Origin: an uncultured Candidatus Saccharibacteria bacterium
GTDB lineage: Bacteria > Patescibacteriota > Minisyncoccia > Phycocordibacterales > UBA6065
Direction: 5' to 3'
DNA: 64,000 nt
NCBI GenBank assembly: GCA_964368835.1
Contig: CAYJCZ010000003.1
Location: 64,153-128,152 of the forward strand
In this document: piece by piece, positions 9,526 to 18,198 of the stretch
Layout: each line of letters begins with the position of its first letter
How positions within the stretch are numbered: position 1 is the first letter of the stretch
Made by a program: the position numbers and the translations under genes
The notes under the pieces: model-generated
Told to the model about the DNA's origin: nothing
Seen by the model: the letters and a program-made list of their open reading frames with translations, nothing else
Databases searched by the model: none

Positions 9526-10314
9526 TTAAGTTATTATTTCTACCAATCTATCATGTACTTTGCCATTTGACGCTACGACTCCCTTAAAATATTTTGAATA
9601 GTCGTGTGGCTTGCCCTTGAGGTTAGTAACCTTGCCGCCAGCCTCCTCGATAATTACCTGTATTGCCGCAACATCATACGGATTAACTCCATGCTCTATA
9701 TATCCTACAAATCTACCTCGGGCTATGAGACAAGATTTGTATGCCGCGCCGCTAAACATTGCCAACCGTGCACCCTCTTTCCGTAAGGTTGAAAGGTACG
9801 GAAGCGTCGGAAGAAGTGTCGTACTACCAGTCACCGCAACAAATCCTTCATGCAAGCCTTTTGGTGAAACAGAGAGTTTTGTTTGATTACAGAAACTTCC
9901 CTGCCCAGTAACTGCCCAATATAATTTCTTTAAGAAAGGATCAAATGTCACACCTAATACCGGCCGGCCGTCCACAACGAGCGCGAGACTAAACATAGCT
10001 GTCGGTGTTCCCCATATATACGCTGCCGTCCCATCAATCGGATCACAAAGCCACTTTCTGCCCATGCCATACTCCGTCGTACTTTTTTCCTCACCAATAA
10101 CCCCATCTTGTGGGAATTTTTTATTCAGTTCCTTTATAACAAGATCATTTATAAGAGTGTCGGCAATTGTCACAGGTGAATTATCAGATTTGATCGTTAC
10201 ATTCTGATTATCATCCGCATACGCAAGCATTATTTTACCCGCCTTCAGTGCCAAGGCTTTTGCGACCACAAGTTCTTTCGAATAGGGTTTTGCTTTCATT
10301 AAAGTGATATCCAT
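9526..10314 (-). CDS. inositol monophosphatase family protein (SuhB/IMPase-like)
   Basis: 262 aa carrying the IMPase metal-binding motifs GEE and DPIDGT (WLCDPIDGTAAYIWG). Confidence 0.85.
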   Translation of the reverse strand: MDITLMKAKPYSKELVVAKALALKAGKIMLAYADDNQNVTIKSDNSPVTIADTLINDLVIKELNKKFPQDGVIGEEKSTTEYGMGRKWLCDPIDGTAAYIWGTPTAMFSLALVVDGRPVLGVTFDPFLKKLYWAVTGQGSFCNQTKLSVSPKGLHEGFVAVTGSTTLLPTLPYLSTLRKEGARLAMFSGAAYKSCLIARGRFVGYIEHGVNPYDVAAIQVIIEEAGGKVTNLKGKPHDYSKYFKGVVASNGKVHDRLVEIIT

Positions 10315-10755
10315 ACAGTATCTTTCAATCGAAAAATAGAGAATATTGACACGTGCCTATTCCCATGACAATATCGAATCGAACCGTTCCCCCTCAAATA
10401 TGCAAAGCAACATTACACCTCCGCATCCCGGCACTGTACTCCACTCCCCCTCGACCGCCCAGCGAGTTAACCCGTACCAGCCCTACCAGGACCATGCCTA
10501 CGCAGCCGTGTGTGTGACGCCAAAAAGTCGCAGGTCCTGTACTATTATTTATGCAGGATTCTCCGACGGAACTCATCATGTCCGTTTTGCTGGAAAGGAA
10601 ACCCAGTACTTTGCCGCCAAACGCATCAGCGATTTGGACAAGCCGCCAGTCTTTGAATTTGAGTCTTCCAGGCTCTAATTCGACTCAATCCGCCACAGTT
10701 GGCGGATTTTTTACTGACTTTCATTTAGTTACCTTTTAGTGTAATTTAGACCTAT

Positions 10756-10829
10756 TGCCGGATCGTCTAATGGTAGGACATGGGCCTTTGAAGCCTAGAA
10801 TCTTGGTTCGATTCCAAGTCCGGCAACCA
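10756..10829 (+). tRNA. tRNA-Gln (anticodon UUG)
   Basis: Cloverleaf folded by hand. Acceptor stem tgccgga/tccggca, anticodon loop cuUUGaa, T-loop gttcgattc, CCA encoded. Confidence 0.85.
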
Positions 10830-10847
10830 AGTTGAGGTAGTCTCAAG

Positions 10848-10876
10848 TCGCGTTGATACAACGTTATTTTAAGTGT
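10848..10876 (+). terminator. rho-independent terminator after tRNA-Gln
   Basis: Stem cgttgatacaacg followed by ttatttt. Confidence 0.5.
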
Positions 10877-10945
10877 GCATAGAGCGATGGGATTTGGAAT
10901 CGAACTAACGACAAAGATTAGCAATAAAAATGAATAGAGGAAATT

Positions 10946-10979
10946 CAGACACAATTTTTATTGGTATACTTTAAATATG
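10946..10979 (+). promoter_or_regulatory. extended -10 promoter placed for leaderless translation of the HD-domain gene
   Basis: tttttattgGTATACTttaaatATG: an extended TGnTATACT -10 ends 6 nt before the ATG. A near-identical copy lies at 21228-21258. Confidence 0.55.
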
Positions 10980-11537
10980 AAAATTATAAATTTACTCTCT
11001 TATGCTCAAGAGTTCGCAACCAAGGCCCATCAGCCGATATTTAGAAAAACAGTTTCAGGAGCAAAAATACCTCATATCATCCACATACAAGAGGTTGCTG
11101 ATTTGGTTTACGCTTCAGGCGGTACTGAAATAGAAGTTATTGCCGCATGGCTTCATGACACCGTAGAAGATACAGCAATAACAATGCAAGATATAGAAAC
11201 AGAATTTGGGAAAGAGATAGTGGAAATTGTTCACGGTCTTACAGATCTTGATGAAATAAAAAATCTACCTACAACAGAGCGAAAAAGTAAACAGGCCCAT
11301 CGTGTTCGCACTGAAAGTCTAAGTGTTCGTCGAATAAAGCTCGCCGACCAAACTTCGAATGTTAAATTTATTGCTAATGATCCTGCTGAAACATGGACCA
11401 ATGAAGGATGTAAGGCTTATATAGAAGGCGCAAGGCTTATTGCAGAAGAATGTAGAGGTATAAGCCCCTTATTAGAAAAATTATTTGATGAGGCATACCA
11501 AAATGCTGTTAAGCGATTTGGCTCTGTAAAAAAATAA
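10977..11537 (+). CDS. HD-domain phosphohydrolase (HD_4 / ppGpp-hydrolase-like)
   Basis: 186 aa with H...HD...D metal-binding residues (IIHIQEVADL...AAWLHDTVEDT). Confidence 0.8.
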   Translation: MKIINLLSYAQEFATKAHQPIFRKTVSGAKIPHIIHIQEVADLVYASGGTEIEVIAAWLHDTVEDTAITMQDIETEFGKEIVEIVHGLTDLDEIKNLPTTERKSKQAHRVRTESLSVRRIKLADQTSNVKFIANDPAETWTNEGCKAYIEGARLIAEECRGISPLLEKLFDEAYQNAVKRFGSVKK

Positions 11538-11544
11538 GTCACAT

Positions 11545-13011
11545 ATGTTGATAGATAAATACTTACAAAAAGATGACTCTGACAACTGGAATCTTATTCC
11601 TCCTGTATCTCTAGAATTACTTCGAAACATAAACTGTCATAAATTTGTTCTTTTTGTGATAGGCGCTATTTCTCGTGACGAATTACTTACAGACCCAAAG
11701 ACACAGAAAGCAAATGATCCAACCATAGACTTTACCTTTGGTAAAAAAGCTTTAGCTATTTCACAAAAAGAATTCACATCTATCTCTAATGTTGAAAATC
11801 TTCTTAATGTTGCAAACAAGGAATGTCAGGGAGGAAAAGCTTATGTAGGTCAGATATTAGATGCTAAAACAGGAGAACTCGCACACTCATTTATAGTTGA
11901 GAAAAACTCAGACAGAAAATTTGTTTGCTTTGAGAAAACAGGCTTTAAGCACTATCCTTTCAACGTTCATGGTTTAGAATCACTTCTCGATTTTGTTAAT
12001 GAGAAAGGTGAAAAGTCATATCAAGATCAAAAATGGAGGTTTGTGGAATTAAACACTTACCCAGAAGAAAAAATCTTTGTAGCTATTCACAGAATATTTC
12101 CACAAGCCACGATTAGTTCGGTGCTGAAATTCTCAAAAGGTTTGGCAAGTAACGTATACAAAGTTGAAATACGAGACCCAAGCAAGATTCTTGCTGTTAA
12201 ATTCTTCCCAAAAAAGATTGAACTGAGAGTTGAAAAAAGCTCACGAATCTCAAGTTACGTAAAAGAAAATGGCCTACCTTCGCCTCAAATCTACGAACTG
12301 ATAAAGGGAGATAGCGAGGGTTCTGTTGTTATGGATTGTTTGCTTGGCGAAGTCGCTTCCGAGGTATGGGAAACAGCATCTGTGGAGAACCGACAGATGA
12401 TCCTGGTTAATTCTGGAAAGATGTTGAAGATGATTCATGATCTAAAAATTCCTTCGTTTTGGATCCATCAAAAACATGAAGTTGCCTCCCCTGAAGAATG
12501 GGTTGAATGGACAAGGGTGCGAATTCAAAAGTATCTAGCGGCTGCGCAAGAGAATTTAGACAAAGAAATTATAGATTTCCTTAGAGCAAAATTTGCTAGA
12601 TTGCAGGATCTCTACAAGGCACACCCCGAGTTCCGCTTTGTTCCGCTTCACTGGGATTATCACTTTTCGAATATCAATATTGATGGGCACTTTGAGATAA
12701 GTGGTGTATTCGATTTTGATAACGCTATGAAAGGCCACGATATGGCAGACCTCGGGCAAACTTTTTACTGGCTCGTGACCCAGCAAAAGATATCCAAGGT
12801 GGAGATGTCTGAAAAATTCTTTACAGGCTACGGAGAATTGTCGTCACTCGATCGCGAGTTCGTATATCTTCACTTTCTCCTTTTCCTTGCTGGTGTAACA
12901 AGATCGACATGGCCGAAAGAAAATCTAAAGTGGCTAAACGAGCTACATGTGGGAGTATTAAAAGAATGTCTTAAAGGAGGATATTGTATACATACACCTG
13001 CTATACTTTAG
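11545..13011 (+). CDS. aminoglycoside/choline-kinase-like phosphotransferase (APH fold) with an N-terminal domain of unknown function
   Basis: 488 aa. The C-terminal half has the APH catalytic loop HWDYHFSNINID (HxDxxxxN) and a DFD metal-binding motif. The ~190 aa N-terminal domain is unassigned. Confidence 0.75.
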   Translation: MLIDKYLQKDDSDNWNLIPPVSLELLRNINCHKFVLFVIGAISRDELLTDPKTQKANDPTIDFTFGKKALAISQKEFTSISNVENLLNVANKECQGGKAYVGQILDAKTGELAHSFIVEKNSDRKFVCFEKTGFKHYPFNVHGLESLLDFVNEKGEKSYQDQKWRFVELNTYPEEKIFVAIHRIFPQATISSVLKFSKGLASNVYKVEIRDPSKILAVKFFPKKIELRVEKSSRISSYVKENGLPSPQIYELIKGDSEGSVVMDCLLGEVASEVWETASVENRQMILVNSGKMLKMIHDLKIPSFWIHQKHEVASPEEWVEWTRVRIQKYLAAAQENLDKEIIDFLRAKFARLQDLYKAHPEFRFVPLHWDYHFSNINIDGHFEISGVFDFDNAMKGHDMADLGQTFYWLVTQQKISKVEMSEKFFTGYGELSSLDREFVYLHFLLFLAGVTRSTWPKENLKWLNELHVGVLKECLKGGYCIHTPAIL

Positions 13012-13013
13012 AA

Positions 13014-13538
13014 ATGCCAGAGTTTAATTTTCACATCCTCCATCAAGACCTTTTTCCTAGCAGATCAACAGAACAATCCTTTACCTTTTCCAATCGTCCC
13101 ACGGTCAAAGTTGTTCTTAGGGATAGTGATAATAAAATATGTTTAACTTCTAAAAAAGGAAGCGGTTTTTATTTTCTTCCTGGGGGTGGTATAGAAAATA
13201 CTGAGGATCCGATAGAAGCATTAAAACGTGAATGTCTCGAGGAGGCTGGTTGCCATATTGAAGTAAAATCTAAAATTGGAACTATCATTGAACACCGAGA
13301 CGAAGCGAAAGAAAAAAGGATTGTATCTTGTTATATAGGAGATGTACTTGGTGAGAAGATATCTCCAACTTTGGCTGTAGGTGATGAAGAAGGTTTTGAT
13401 GTAATTTGGATATCAAGAGAAGAAGCCCTAAGGCTTTTGAAGAAACAGCTATCCTTAATTTCAGAGCAAACCATTAATTTCTATAATAGAAAATTTAATA
13501 CGACGCGTGATTTAAATATTTTGGGTAGTTTAGATTAA
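13014..13538 (+). CDS. NUDIX hydrolase
   Basis: Nudix box GGGIENTEDPIEALKRECLEEAG. Start taken at the ATG at 13014, directly after the upstream stop. The listed ORF start at 12984 would overlap. Confidence 0.75.
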   Translation: MPEFNFHILHQDLFPSRSTEQSFTFSNRPTVKVVLRDSDNKICLTSKKGSGFYFLPGGGIENTEDPIEALKRECLEEAGCHIEVKSKIGTIIEHRDEAKEKRIVSCYIGDVLGEKISPTLAVGDEEGFDVIWISREEALRLLKKQLSLISEQTINFYNRKFNTTRDLNILGSLD

Positions 13539-13665
13539 TACTCACTCCAATCTCTAACAGACTAGTCATAGTTACAAATAATCTATTAAAGTATTGATCA
13601 GAGTCTATTTTACAATGATTTATTGATAGGGATGATTTTTTGTTATTTTAGGTTATAATTCAAAT

Positions 13666-14415
13666 ATGTTAGAAAAATACCTCCAAGACATCGGATTTAC
13701 CGACAAAGAAGCAAAAGTCTATTTAACCCTACTTCAGGTTGATAATTCGTCGGTACTTGATCTTGCAAAGAAAACCAAGATAAAACGTCCCACAGTGTAT
13801 GTGGTACTTGAAACTCTTGCCAAAAAAGGCTTAGTAAGTGAATCAACTATAGGTAAAAAGGTTCATTATCATGCTGAATCACCTGAGCGACTTGCTACAT
13901 ATGTAGAAAGACAAAAAGTCATGCTTGATGACCAGGCCCGACAACTCAAAGATGTCATCCCCCAGATCAAGAGTATTCAGCGAGAAACTGGTGAAAAGCC
14001 AACTGTACAGTACTTCGAAGGAAAAGAAGGTATCAACAGCATGAACGAATCTCTTTATTATGACGAAGAAGAAGGTGGAACCGCCTATCTTGTATACTCG
14101 CGAGATCTGCTCGATAAGGTATTTCCACCCGAGGAGCGTAATAAGTTTAGAAATTCTCGTCTAAAGAAAAATATTAAGAGCAGAGTGCTCTATAACTATT
14201 CTCAAGGGGTCATTCCGTCTGATGAAACTGGTGAAAGGATAAAGATTGATGAAGTTCAGTACCCGTTTAGTTGTGACATAACTATTTATAAAGACAGGGT
14301 TCGTATCTCAATTTTAGGTAAAAAACTCTCGGGCATCTTTATTAAAAGCCAAGAATTCGCTGACACCCTAAAAAACCTATTCTCAGTTGCTTTTGATTCT
14401 CGTAAAAACAAATAG
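13666..14415 (+). CDS. TrmB-family transcriptional regulator
   Basis: 249 aa. The N-terminal wHTH (FTDKEAKVYLTLLQ...LDLAKKTKIKRPTVYVVLETLAKKGLV) matches the TrmB family. Confidence 0.8.
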   Translation: MLEKYLQDIGFTDKEAKVYLTLLQVDNSSVLDLAKKTKIKRPTVYVVLETLAKKGLVSESTIGKKVHYHAESPERLATYVERQKVMLDDQARQLKDVIPQIKSIQRETGEKPTVQYFEGKEGINSMNESLYYDEEEGGTAYLVYSRDLLDKVFPPEERNKFRNSRLKKNIKSRVLYNYSQGVIPSDETGERIKIDEVQYPFSCDITIYKDRVRISILGKKLSGIFIKSQEFADTLKNLFSVAFDSRKNK

Positions 14416-14794
14416 CCCCAATCACACTGGATTGGGGCTACCCTAGAAGAGGACAATTCGTTTAGTTTTTACGCTGACGAACGGTGTACTCTACTTGGAT
14501 GATTTGATTGATCTGCTCCACTTCGGAGAAGATTCAACAATATTGCTTTGAAGGAACAACTGATGATGTGAAGGTTTAGTCGCCCATGGTGGGTTACTCC
14601 TTTATTTTGAACCAACTTTACTGAACACTCGGCTTTTGGAGACTCGACGAAGTTTGGCAAGATGCCGCTTCCTGGTGGCTATGGGCTCACCAGGAAGCGG
14701 AACCCGCTTTACCTTAGTCGCTCATAGCGCCTCCTTTTTCAAGTGTTACCAATGGCAATTTTTTAAGGAATCAAATGATTACGCCATCAGTTCT
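14416..14794 (-). ncRNA. candidate minus-strand small RNA or leader unit (promoter to terminator, ~375 nt)
   Basis: Minus-strand promoter: TTGACA (plus coordinates 14830-14825), 17 nt, TAGACT (14806-14801). The transcript carries a 13 bp GC hairpin (14663-14705) flanked by two perfect-SD mini-ORFs, AAAGGAGG-ATGAGCGACTAA and AAAGGAG-ATGGGCGACTAA. It ends at the 14418-14440 hairpin. No ORF longer than 3 codons. Confidence 0.35.
14418..14440. terminator. hairpin terminator shared by trmB (+) and the convergent minus-strand unit
   Basis: ccccaatcacactggattgggg. Confidence 0.45.
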
Positions 14795-15069
14795 TTACCT
14801 AGTCTAGCAAATTTAAATCTAAATGTCAAGCTTTTTTGTCTTTTAGCTTTAATACCTATCTATACGCCAGTTTTAAGCCTATCTAGTAAGGAAATTTGAT
14901 AATTTCATATCTGTATTTATTTTTGACAGAAAAAACTTATTAGAGAATATTTAAAATATAAAGCAAGTTTATTTTGTAAATGTCAGGTGTATCATTTTTT
15001 ATTGTAGGTTATTAAACCATTATTTATAGGCATATAATAGGGTATTAAAATAGAATCTGTCAGATATAC

Positions 15070-15098
15070 TTGACAGAAATAGGGTTTAAGTATATACT
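15070..15098 (+). promoter_or_regulatory. strong sigma70-type promoter driving the hammerhead-ribozyme operon
   Basis: TTGACA (15070-15075), exactly 17 nt, TATACT (15093-15098). Confidence 0.65.
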
Positions 15099-15127
15099 AC
15101 TCAACAGATTATTCTTTGAGTCAAATT

Positions 15128-15222
15128 TGGTAACTTCTTAATGCCCCTGATACACGACCCGTCTCCCAGAAAATAACGAGACTGCTTGGCGAGTATCACC
15201 CGGAGGCATTAAGAAGTTACCA
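15128..15222 (+). ncRNA. structured 5' leader closed by a perfect 18 bp helix, function unknown
   Basis: tggtaacttcttaatgcc ... ggcattaagaagttacca pair perfectly over 18 bp. Inner helices ctgatac/gtatcac and cgtctc/gagacg. Starts about 25 nt after the predicted transcription start. Confidence 0.4.
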
Positions 15223-15474
15223 AAACCCCAACCCCAAATATAGAAACCATGGACTACAAAGTCTATCCTGACGGCACCGTTGAGGTGATCCGTCGCTATT
15301 AATCCTCCAGGAGGGATTCGTTCTACGTCGTAATGTGGTTTGAGCAAAATCCGGCTCTGTCAAAATAGGAAAAAAGTTTTGTCCCCATCTTTCTTAGAAA
15401 AGACGGCGAGCCATAAGGGAGCAGAACCTTTCGGGAGACAACCCGCGTAAAAACAACCAAGTCATCGACTTGGT

Positions 15475-15526
15475 TTCCGTCCCGAGATGTTTTCTCGGCT
15501 GATGAGTCCAAAAGGACGAAACGGAA
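15475..15526 (+). ncRNA. hammerhead ribozyme 1 (type III)
   Basis: Stem III ttccgt/acggaa, cleavage triplet GUC, stem I ccgaga(uguuu)ucucgg, core CUGAUGAG, stem II guccaaaaggac, then CGAAAC. Confidence 0.85.
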
Positions 15527-15606
15527 TGCTCTTTGAGAAATGTTGGTCTATACCTCCTCGCACTTAATTTTGAGTTCGAAGAGGTGTAGGCCATTCGTGT
15601 GGCCAT
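15527..15606 (+). repeat. module A' (diverged copy of the 84 nt post-hammerhead structured module)
   Basis: Aligns with 15931-16014. Stem positions differ with compensatory changes, and a C-A mismatch is kept at the same position in both hairpins. Confidence 0.6.
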
Positions 15607-15875
15607 CTAACCCTCCGCGGTTTTCTCCTCGACATACAGAGGGGTCCGTATGGAGTACCGCTAGATTCAGCTTTCATACCCGAAGGGTAATGACCGACTG
15701 AATAGTGTGGAAAAGAAACCCATGTCGGGTTTCATGAGGGAGACGTCCTAAAATTAAAGAATACATAAAAAATCTTTAATTACACGAATTATTTAGTTTC
15801 AAGCAAGGTTTAACTTAAAACCTGCCCGAAGGTTGTAGCAATTGAGTCTTCATGGACTCTTGCTCCCTTCGGATC

Positions 15876-15932
15876 CTGTCTCAGCCCAAGGCTGACTGAC
15901 GAGTCTTCCGAGCGATCGGCAAGACGAAACAG
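15876..15932 (+). ncRNA. hammerhead ribozyme 2 (type III)
   Basis: GUC site, stem I ucagcc(caa)ggcuga, core CUGACGAG, extended stem II with a bulged C capped by a GCGA GNRA tetraloop, CGAAAC, stem III cugu/acag. Confidence 0.85.
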
Positions 15933-16014
15933 AATGTTCTTTAAAAATCTGGCCTGTACCATCTTGAATTTAAGTTCTTGAGTTCAAAATGGTGTAGGTC
16001 AGTCGTGTGGCCAT
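15931..16014 (+). repeat. module A, copy 1 (84 nt conserved structured element after the hammerhead)
   Basis: 83 of 84 nt identical to 16828-16911. It folds into a long imperfect hairpin with closing helix ccugUacc/ggUGuagg. Confidence 0.8.
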
Positions 16015-16237
16015 TTCACCCAGAATTTCCTGCTGGACGATAGAGCAGGAAAGAATGACCCCAAGAGGGCAAAGTGATTCTGTCCAAGTTTCACTATAAG
16101 GGGCCAGTAACCCTAAGCGAAAAGCACACGAATATTTAGTTGGTTTAGAAGAAACCAACCAGGAGAGAGGTAGAACTCGACGGAATCCAAGAGGATTCTA
16201 TTAGTCGGCTACCAACCTCTCCTGCAAGTGTCTCCGT

Positions 16238-16285
16238 CTCAGACGGACTGATGAGCTTTCCGATTTGTTCGGCAAAGCGAAACAC
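16238..16285 (+). ncRNA. hammerhead ribozyme 3 (type III)
   Basis: gugu-C site, stem I uccguc(uca)gacgga, CUGAUGAG, stem II gcuuuccgauuuguucggcaaagc with a bulged C, CGAAAC, stem III gugu/acac. Confidence 0.85.
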
Positions 16286-16302
16286 AGATGTTCTTTGAAT
16301 AA

Positions 16303-16359
16303 GTTGGTTTCGGAAGCGAGTGCATAAATGTGCTATGTGCGCTCACTTCCGAAACCAAC
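16303..16359 (+). repeat. module B hairpin, copy 1 (~21 bp stem) between a hammerhead and the cargo ORF
   Basis: gttggtttcggaagcgagtgc ... gcgctcacttccgaaaccaac. Homologous hairpins at 17219 and 18434 show compensatory base-pair changes. Confidence 0.75.
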
Positions 16360-16414
16360 ACAATCGATAATCTCCCATTCGGGATGACACGGTTCACTGT
16401 GGTGAGGAATTCTT

Positions 16415-16732
16415 ATGGCTAACGCAACCAAATCCTCGAAGGTCTTAGTGACCTACACGCCGCATCGTCTCGGCCACTCGCTCGCCCAGAAGTTATGGGA
16501 GCGGGGCTTGTCGAAGGATCGGCAAGTTGGCCTCGACAGCGAGGCACATGTCATCTTGTATGACGAGGTAAAGGAAGCCGCTGAAGGCTTCGCGGAGGAT
16601 CCTCGGGTTCTCCGGATTGTGGTAGCGACGGAAATGCCGCCCCACCTTCCCAAGGGGATATTCTGGATCAAACCAGATGTCCAGGCTTTCACTAGCCTTA
16701 TCCGGACGTTAAATCCGGGAAGTGAAATGTAA
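16415..16732 (+). CDS. cargo ORF 1: GC-rich hypothetical protein (105 aa)
   Basis: GAGGAA SD 7 nt upstream of the ATG. GC is well above the window average. No recognisable domain. Confidence 0.55.
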   Translation: MANATKSSKVLVTYTPHRLGHSLAQKLWERGLSKDRQVGLDSEAHVILYDEVKEAAEGFAEDPRVLRIVVATEMPPHLPKGIFWIKPDVQAFTSLIRTLNPGSEM

Positions 16733-16771
16733 TGAGATGGGTACATATAAACCCCATCCACCCTGCAATAA

Positions 16772-16829
16772 AACGCAGGTTCTGTCCGAAGATGTATATC
16801 TTCGCTGATGAGCTCTAAAGAGCGAAACA
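16772..16829 (+). ncRNA. hammerhead ribozyme 4 (type III)
   Basis: uucugu-C site, stem I cgaagau(guau)aucuucg, CUGAUGAG, stem II gcucuaaagagc, CGAAAC, stem III uucugu/acagaa. Confidence 0.85.
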
Positions 16830-16911
16830 GAATGTTCTTTAAAAATCTGGCCTGTACCATCTTGAATTTAAGTTCTTGAGTTCAAAATGGTGTAGGCCAG
16901 TCGTGTGGCCA
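16828..16911 (+). repeat. module A, copy 2
   Basis: Near-identical to 15931-16014, with a single t/c difference. Confidence 0.8.
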
Positions 16912-17143
16912 TTCATCGGAGCTTGTGTTGGAACAAGTGCGTGATAAGTGCCGAAGGTAGATATAGACTGCAGTCTATATTTCTACTAAAAGGGTTGTCC
17001 TGATCAGGCAACCTAAGACTCTGGTGTCTCCCACCTAAGTACACACGAATAGTTTGTAGCGGTTTTTAGAAGAGAAACCGCTCCGGAGAAGGTCTGATGT
17101 TTGTTGAATCATGTGATTCCAAATGTCCACCTGTCTCCGGCTA

Positions 17144-17198
17144 GTGTCTCCGTTTTAAACGGACTGACGAGCTTTCCATTTTTGGCAAAGCGAAACAC
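17144..17198 (+). ncRNA. hammerhead ribozyme 5 (type III)
   Basis: gugu-C site, stem I uccguu(uua)aacgga, core CUGACGAG, stem II gcuuuccauuuuuggcaaagc with a bulged C, CGAAAC. Homologous to HHR3. Confidence 0.85.
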
Positions 17199-17218
17199 AG
17201 ATGTTCTTTGAATAAAAA

Positions 17219-17271
17219 GTTGGTTGTGGAAGATAGATCAGAAAATTTCTGGCTTTTCTTCCACAACCAAC
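17219..17271 (+). repeat. module B hairpin, copy 2
   Basis: gttggttgtggaag ... cttccacaaccaac, perfect 14 bp. Differs from copy 1 at covarying positions. Confidence 0.75.
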
Positions 17272-17328
17272 GCAACCGATAAGCTCCCGACAGGGATGAC
17301 ACGGCTCGCAATGGCGCGGAATCACTTC

Positions 17329-18009
17329 ATGAATACGAACAAACTAAATGTCTTGGTTTTTGATGACAGCAAGATTCATCGCGCCGCCGCGCAAGCCCAG
17401 CTCAAGGAGCACAACCTCACGGTCGTAGGCACCTACGATGAGACCCAGGAACTCATCACGCCGAAACTAGATTACAAACGGGCTGAGGGAATCGTCCGAA
17501 AGGAATTCCCGGATTTCAAGCCCTACGATAATGGCGTGAGCAAGGAGCAGAGAGACGCCTATCAGGCCGCGTGGAAGAGGGCCAACCAAGAGGCCACCAC
17601 GTATCCCACATTTGATGTGGTTCTCACCGATCTCCTCGTCCCTGCTTCAAAGCAGGCGCAAGGACCCGATGGATACCAATTCATCGGCCAGGAGATGCCG
17701 GTCGGGGTCTTTATCGCATTGCTTGCGGCAGCCAAGGGGAAAGTGAAACACGTAGCCGTCTTCACCGACAGCGACCATCACTCTCATCCGGCCTCTGCTT
17801 GCTTCGATAGATTCAACGAGGGCGAGGGCAATCCGACGCCGTTTATGGTGAATGGCTGTAAGTTCCTGCTTTCAAACAGCAGGGGCTGGGTCAACCATTT
17901 CGACCCCAACGATCTTGCCAAGGAATTGAAGTATGAAGAATACAAGGGCAGATCGGATACGGTAAGGGCGAAAAACTGGAAGGCCCTTCTTGACTACCTG
18001 CTCACGTAG
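17329..18009 (+). CDS. cargo ORF 2: GC-rich hypothetical protein with a CheY/receiver-like N-terminal segment
   Basis: Start moved to the ATG at 17329, after the conserved leader; the listed 17224 start lies inside the module B hairpin. The motifs NVLVFDDS and DVVLTDLLVP resemble a receiver fold but with atypical spacing. About 55% GC. Confidence 0.55.
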   Translation: MNTNKLNVLVFDDSKIHRAAAQAQLKEHNLTVVGTYDETQELITPKLDYKRAEGIVRKEFPDFKPYDNGVSKEQRDAYQAAWKRANQEATTYPTFDVVLTDLLVPASKQAQGPDGYQFIGQEMPVGVFIALLAAAKGKVKHVAVFTDSDHHSHPASACFDRFNEGEGNPTPFMVNGCKFLLSNSRGWVNHFDPNDLAKELKYEEYKGRSDTVRAKNWKALLDYLLT

Positions 18010-18120
18010 TCGTCGGCGCGGCAACTCCCGGGAGATCCAAGTGGATCGCGATGAACCGGCGGAGATGGAGAAAACCATCTTGGCAACAGAATCAAAACAC
18101 TGGGTCAGAAAAGATCCTGT

Positions 18121-18169
18121 CTGTCCATCGATGTGTATCGATGCTGATGAGCTCTAAAGAGCGAAACAG
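18121..18169 (+). ncRNA. hammerhead ribozyme 6 (type III)
   Basis: cugu-C site, stem I caucgau(gugu)aucgaug, CUGAUGAG, stem II gcucuaaagagc, CGAAAC. Stem III extends to aagauc/gaucuu. Confidence 0.85.
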
Positions 18170-18198
18170 AACGATCTTTAAAACCAAAAAAGGAGAAT

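Noticed and set aside
14561-14600. CTGATGATG near 14561 as a possible tenth hammerhead
   Set aside because: No stem II hairpin followed by GAAA within the required distance.
15138-16158. Minus-strand ORFs of 62-70 aa at 15138-15606 and 15970-16158
   Set aside because: They overlap the structured leader, the hammerheads and module A on the opposite strand. They have no ribosome-binding sites and are inconsistent with the + strand transcription unit.
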